A stretch of 64,000 bases of DNA, from the NCBI GenBank assembly GCA_014905635.1, contig JABVCE010000022.1:1-64000 (forward strand). Direction: 5' to 3'. This DNA comes from Scenedesmus sp. PABB004 (lineage: Eukaryota). Positions 58,792 through 64,000 of the stretch are shown in pieces (the first letter of the stretch is position 1; each line of letters starts with the position of its first letter). Under the pieces are notes generated by a model that was not told where the DNA came from, did not search any database, and worked only from the letters and a program-made list of their open reading frames with translations. A program made the translations under genes and the position numbers.

Positions 58792-61220
58792 TCACAGCTC
58801 CATGGCGGCGGCGGCGTCGCCGCCCCCGCCGCCCTCGGCCGCCGCCGCGGCAGCGGCCGGCGCCGCGGGCGCCGCGGGCGCCGCGTCGGCGTCGACGGGC
58901 ATGGGCGCCTCGCCGCCGCCGCTGGGCGGCACGCCCGGCGCCGCGGGCTCCGCCTGCGAGCCGCCGGCCGCCGCGGCCGCCGCGGACGACGACGGCCCCG
59001 CCGCCGCGGCCGCGGCCGCCGCCGTGGCCGCGGCCGCCGCGGCCGCCTGGCCCGCCGCGGCCGCGGCCGCGGCCGCCGCCGCGCGCGCGGGCGCGGGCGG
59101 CCCCGCGCGGGGGCTGCAGTTGAAGAGCAGCGCCTTGATGACCTGCCAGCCGCGGCGGCGGCGGCGGTGGCGGCGAGTGAGGCAGGGCGGGTGCCCGAGG
59201 GCCGACGGCCGCGGGAACCGCGCCCGCTGGCTGGCGGCGCGGGCGGCTCGGCGGCGGCGCGCCGCCGGCGCGGCCGCCCGGCAGCTGGCTGGCCCAGCCA
59301 GCGCGTCGTCACCTGGCTGCTGAGGCCCTTGATCTGCTCCGCCGACAGCTTGGTCGTGTCGCGGCAGATCTTGAGCAGCGGCCCCTCCTCACCCTTCTTG
59401 CGCTCGCCGCCAAAGCGCCCGAGCCGCGCGCCCTGCGCGAGCTGGCCGTCGGCCTGCGCACGCGGCCGCGCGGCGCCCACCCGTCAGCGCCGCGCCCCTC
59501 CGCCGCGTCCCCGCACGCGCCCGCCGCCCTCGCCCGAGCGCCCACCCGTCCCAGCCCCGCCCCGCCCCGCTCCCCGGCGCACGCCGCCGACCTGCTCCAG
59601 CTTCTCCGCGATGTCGACGATCTGCCCCGCCGCAAACTCGCGGTTTGCGAGCAGCGGGCTCGCGGAGAGCGTGTTGACCCAGTACTTGTTCCACAGCAGG
59701 TCCAGCAGGTGGCCGTCCAGGCCCGACTTGAAGAACGACACGTCCAGGCTGTAGTACTGTGGGCGCGTGTGCGTGTGTGTGTGGGTGTGGGTGTGAGTGT
59801 GTGTGGGACGAGGGGAGCGGGCGGGCTGGTGCGGGTGGGCGGTGGTGGCGTTTGGGGGGGTCGCCGCGCCGTGCCTCCTCCCCGCCGCCTCCGCGCCGCC
59901 GCCTCCGCGCCGCCGCCTCCCCGCGCCGCCGCCCGCTCGCGCCTGCTTGGCGTGGACGCCAAAGTCCTCGATCTTGGACAGCGGGATGGTCTGGTACTCG
60001 CTCGGGCCCTCGTCGGGCGGCTTGTAGCCCTCCGGGTAGGTCCGGAACGCGCCGACCTCGACCTTGCCGCTCGCCATCGTGCGCACCGGGTCGACGACGA
60101 CCGCGAGGAACGGCTCCTGCGCGCGGGGCGGGGGGTGCGAGTGCGCGTGAGCGCGAGCGGGCGCGCGTGAGTGCGCGGGCAGGCGTGGCGAGGAGGGCCG
60201 GCGGCGGCGGGGGCGGCGGGGGCGGCGACGCGCCTGGTACTGCTGGTTGAGCATCTGCGTGGAGCAGTCGATGCCCGAGAGCCAGCAGCCGTACCCGGGG
60301 TGGCTGTGGTACCAGCCGACGATGTTCTCAAGCCGCCCCACGTCCTGCGGAGCGCCGCCGCGCAGGACGGCGGCGCGGCGCGCGCTCCCTCGGGCGCGCC
60401 GCGCGCGCCGCGCCGCGCCGCGCGCCGGCGGCCGCCGCGCTCCCTCGGGCGCGCCGCGCGCCGGCTGCCGCGCCGCGCTCCCTCGGGCGCGCGCACGCAG
60501 GCGCGCGCGCGCAGCGCCACGCGCGCGCGCGCGCGTTCCCACCTTTGTGGTGCCCTGGAAGTCAACCATGTACTCGTAGGCCTCCGCCTGCGCGTTGACG
60601 CGCGTCTCGGTCCCCTCCACCGGCAGCGCGAAGCTGTCGATCACGATGAACGTCCCGCCCTGCACCTTGCCCTGCAGCAGGCCCATCACCTGGCGCGCGC
60701 GGCGCGCGGCGGGCGCGCGGTGGGCGCAGCGCGGTGGGCGCGGTGGGCGCGGCGGGCGCGTGCGGCGGCGGCGGGCCGGCGGCAGCAGCAGCGGCCGCTG
60801 CAGACGCGGCGGGGCGGCGTGGCGCGGCGGGGACGGGGCGGGGACGGGGGTGGCGATGGGGGCGGGGCGACGGGCGCGCCGCGCCGCGCACCTCCAGGTT
60901 GCCGCCGCTGCGCGCGTGCATCGCGATCTTGAGCAGCGCGAGCGCCGACATGCGCACGCTGCGGCGGCCGCAGCGGCGGCGGCGGCGGGGCGGCGGCGGG
61001 GTGGGCCGCGCGCTGCGAGGGGGCGGCGGCGTGCGGCGGCGGAGCGCGGCGGCGGCGCGCACTGCTTGAAGTAGTGCGGGTCCTTGGTCCACGGCTTCTG
61101 CGCCTGGATGGCCTTCTGCTCGGCGTCGTCATACTTGTACAGCGCGTCCGTGGGGGCGTTTTGCACGCCGTTCTCCAGCTCCCAGCGCAGCCGCGCGGTG
61201 GCCGTGTCGGGCGCCGCCAT
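58792..61220 (-). CDS. CSN5: COP9 signalosome subunit 5 (JAMM deneddylase)
   Basis: [77 protein letters not shown]. Confidence 0.97.
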
Positions 61221-61705
61221 CTCGCAGCGCTGCTGCGGCGCGCGCGGCGCGCAGCCGCGACGGCGCTGCGGGCGCGGCGCGCGGGGCCGCTAGCGGGCGG
61301 TGCCGGGAGAGGCCTGACGCTGCGGACGCGGCCGTCCAGGCGGCGAGGAGGCGGTTGCGGCCGGTGGCGCGCGCTGCTGCTGCTGCTCCCGAGGGGCGCG
61401 CGCGTGGGCTGCCTGAACCGGGCGTCGAGGACGGCGCGCAGTCGCACTGCGTGCGGCAGGGACTTCGCTGTCGGCAAAGGGGCGCGCCAGGCGGAGCTGG
61501 TTTTGGCACTTACGGCAGCTTGCACAGCGCGCGGGCGGCGACGCCCGGCCGCAGAGCGGTCACTAGACGCGATCTGAGCCGATCCAGAACGCCGCACGCC
61601 CACCACGCCAGAGCCGCACAGAGCAGCAGCAGCAGCAGCAGCAGCGGCGAAGCAGCGGCGCAGCGTGTGCCCCGCGCACTCACAGCAGCAGCCGGCACGC
61701 TCGCC

Positions 61706-62850
61706 ATGGCGGCCGCGCCAGACGCGCCGCCGCCGGCGGACTTCAGCTGGAAGAAGCTCTTCGCGGAGCAGCTCGCCGACAAGAAGGCGGGCGGCGCCGC
61801 GGCGCTCATCGACGTGGACGCCGCGCTCAAGGGCAAGCACGTCGCCGTCTACTTCTCGGCCCACTGGTGCGTGCCTCAGCGACAGCAGGCGGCGGCTGCG
61901 CCGGCAGCAGCCGGCGCGGCGGCGCCGGCGGCCGCCGACCGCGCGCCGCCGCCGCGGCGCAGGTGCCCGCCGTGCCGCGCGTTCACGCCGCAGCTGGCCA
62001 ACACCTACGCCAAGCTCAAGAAGGACGGCAAGGACTTTGAGGCGCGGCCGCGGCGCCGTGCGCGACCACAAAAACACGCCCAGCCGCGCGCGGCCGCTGG
62101 CTGGCTCACGCGCACCGCCGCCGCCGCGCCCCGCCGGCAGGTCGTCTTTGTGAGCATGGACCGCAACCAGGAGCAGTTTGACGTGAGCGGCACCGCGTCC
62201 CAGCGCCCGCGCCGCGCCGCGCCCGCGCCCAAGCCGCGCCTGCGCCCACGCCGCGCCGCGCCGCGCCGCCCGCCCGGCCACGTCTGCCCGCGTGACCCTC
62301 TGCCTTTGCAGGACTACTTCAGCTCGATGCCCTGGCTCGCGGTGCCGTTCCAGGACGACCAGCTGCGCAGCGTGCTCACGCGCAAGTTCAACGTGCGCCG
62401 CGCCGCGCCGCGCCGCGCCGCGCCCGCCAGCGGGGCCGGCGCCGCCGCCGGGGGGGGGGGGGGGGCGCCGCGCCGCGCCGACGCCCGCCCGCCCGGCGCG
62501 CGGCGCGGCGCGGGGCGGGCTGCCGCGCAGGTGCAGGGCATCCCGCAGCTGGTCATGCTGGCGCCGGACAGCACGGTGCTGTCGGCCAACGCGCGCGGCG
62601 CCGTCGCCATCGACCCCAGCGGCGAGAAGTTCCCGTGGGCCGGCGCGACCGAACCCAAGTGGGCGCCGGCCGCAGCGCAGCTGGCGCGCCCGCGCCCTGC
62701 GCCCCGCGCGGCCCGCGCCTGCGCCACCGGCACGCGGGCGCTCACGGCAGCGCGCCGCGCAGGGCCTTCCCCATGCCCTGGCTGCTGCTGGTGTTCCTGG
62801 TGTTCTGGCTGGTCAACACCTTCCTCTTCCCGCCCAGCAAGAAGGGCTGA
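61706..62850 (+). CDS. Single-domain nucleoredoxin/tryparedoxin-like thioredoxin with C-terminal TM tail
   Basis: YFSAHW|CPPCRAFTPQL, VFVSMDR, MPWLAVPF, VQGIPQLV, FPW; tail WLLLVFLVFWLVNTFLFPPSKKG*. Confidence 0.9.
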
Positions 62851-63361
62851 CGATGACTGAGCAGCCAGCTGGCGCGCACGGTGTGCGGTCGAGCCGCCGC
62901 GGGCGTGCGGGGTGTCGCGCGCGTGCAACGCTGCTTCGAATCCGGTCACCAGCGGGCACGGCGGCCCCGCCGCCCGAGCGCTCTCACACGCAGACTCGGC
63001 GCGCGCGCTCTCGCAGCGCAAGCTCTCCTCCCTCCCTCCTCCCCCCTCTCCCCCTCCTCTGCGCGAGCCTCGGGCCCTCGCAACACGCCAATGGGCCTGC
63101 GCGCGGGCATGCGCCGGCGCGGGCGGCCTGCGGGATGGACGGGCGGCGCGCCGCGCGCCGCCGCCAACGCGTCCCGACTGCTACACCTTCACAGGGCGCG
63201 CGGTGGGGTGCGGCGCGCGCAATGCACAGGGACGATTGCAAGGCGATATAGATGGACGACTGCATCGCATGGCATCATAGTACAGACAGAGCGCGCGCGG
63301 TGCCTGCGAGGCGGGCCAAAACAGCCGCTGGCGGCGGCGGCGCGCGCGGCCAGGCCCGTCG

Positions 63362-64000
63362 TCAGCCCCAGTGCGCCTGGATGCGCTCCTGCAGGCGCGC
63401 CTTGTCCTGCTCGTTCAGCCCCGCCCACGCGTCCTGGGGGAGGTGGTCAAACGCCTCAAAGGGGCGGTCGTCGAGCACGTCAAACGTCGCGCCGCGGATG
63501 GCATCGCGCTTGGGGCCGCACGGCCGGATCGACGTGAGCGCGCCATACGCGCCGTCGAGGGAGAGGTGGGGGCCGTACCAGTACAGCCACGCGATGCACA
63601 CCGCGGGCGCGCGGCCGAGCCCGGCGGTGCAGTGCACGTACACGCTGCGCGGCGCGCGAGGGCGCACGGGCGCGCGGGCGTTGGCGTCGGCGCGGCGGCG
63701 CGCCACGCCGCGCGCGCTGCCGCCGGGAGCCGCGCGCCGGGAGCCGCGCGGCGGGCGCAGCGCTGCCGCCAGCGGCGCGCACCGCTTGCCCTCGCGCAGC
63801 CGCGCCGCGACCTCTTTGACCGCGCCCGGCAGCATCTTGCGCAGGCTGTGGGGGTCAAAGTCGACCGCCTGCGCGCGGTGGGGCGGCGCGGCGCGGGGCA
63901 GGCGCTGTGTCGCCGCCAGCCTGCCGCCGCGCCCAGGCGCTGCCGCCGCGCCCGGGCGCTGGTGGGTGCGAGCGCCCGCGCGCGGCCGCGGCCGCGGCCG
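63362..64000 (-). CDS. LSF2: Phosphoglucan phosphatase LSF2-like dual-specificity phosphatase, 3' part
   Basis: DFDPHSLR, VYVHCTAGLGRAPAV, RPCGP..DAIRGATFD, short C-terminal domain with no CBM48. Confidence 0.82.
   Translation of the reverse strand, partial: RPRPRPRAGARTHQRPGAAAAPGRGGRLAATQRLPRAAPPHRAQAVDFDPHSLRKMLPGAVKEVAARLREGKRCAPLAAALRPPRGSRRAAPGGSARGVARRRADANARAPVRPRAPRSVYVHCTAGLGRAPAVCIAWLYWYGPHLSLDGAYGALTSIRPCGPKRDAIRGATFDVLDDRPFEAFDHLPQDAWAGLNEQDKARLQERIQAHWG

Noticed and set aside
8409..62850. Functional gene cluster (e.g. peptide precursor with neighbouring hydrolase, CSN5 and NRX as maturation enzymes)
   Set aside because: The neighbours are conserved housekeeping or plastid genes with unrelated functions; no protease or RiPP-type tailoring enzyme lies next to the precursor.
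1..64000. Hundreds of long overlapping Arg/Ala/Pro/Gly-rich ORFs, e.g. 17218-21147 (-), 1309 aa
   Set aside because: Stop codons are rare at this GC content; these are antisense or off-frame shadows of real genes and introns with no domain signal.

Overview
Gene-dense, extremely GC-rich nuclear DNA with many short introns and TGTAA poly(A) signals. It is most consistent with a chlorophycean green alga, probably Sphaeropleales (inference from PsaK, the UGUAA signals and intron style). Most ORFs in the supplied track are artefacts of high GC content. Manual exon joining gives about 25 genes: TM9SF (partial), an Orai-like channel, three hypothetical proteins, LAG1 ceramide synthase, mitochondrial RPS14, a bZIP factor, a RAP-domain protein, an atypical kinase, PsaK, an SDR, a lactate permease, cornichon, a LAP1/LULL1-like protein, eIF2B-delta, an EHD/dynamin-like GTPase, an ankyrin protein, an AA15-like LPMO, ValRS, mitochondrial ferredoxin, an alpha/beta hydrolase, a secreted repeat polyprotein, CSN5, a nucleoredoxin and LSF2 (partial). 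The most notable observations are: (1) a signal-peptide polyprotein of 4+3 peptide cassettes separated by RRLL/RALL sites, a candidate multi-peptide precursor; (2) a ~1 kb near-perfect inverted duplication of a bidirectional promoter region enclosing the bZIP gene; (3) very frequent AG|GC splice donors; (4) an Orai homologue with Q and S at the human E106 and V102 positions; (5) a torsin-cofactor-like membrane protein. Gene coordinates span start to stop including introns. Exon joins were done by eye, and no database search was run.
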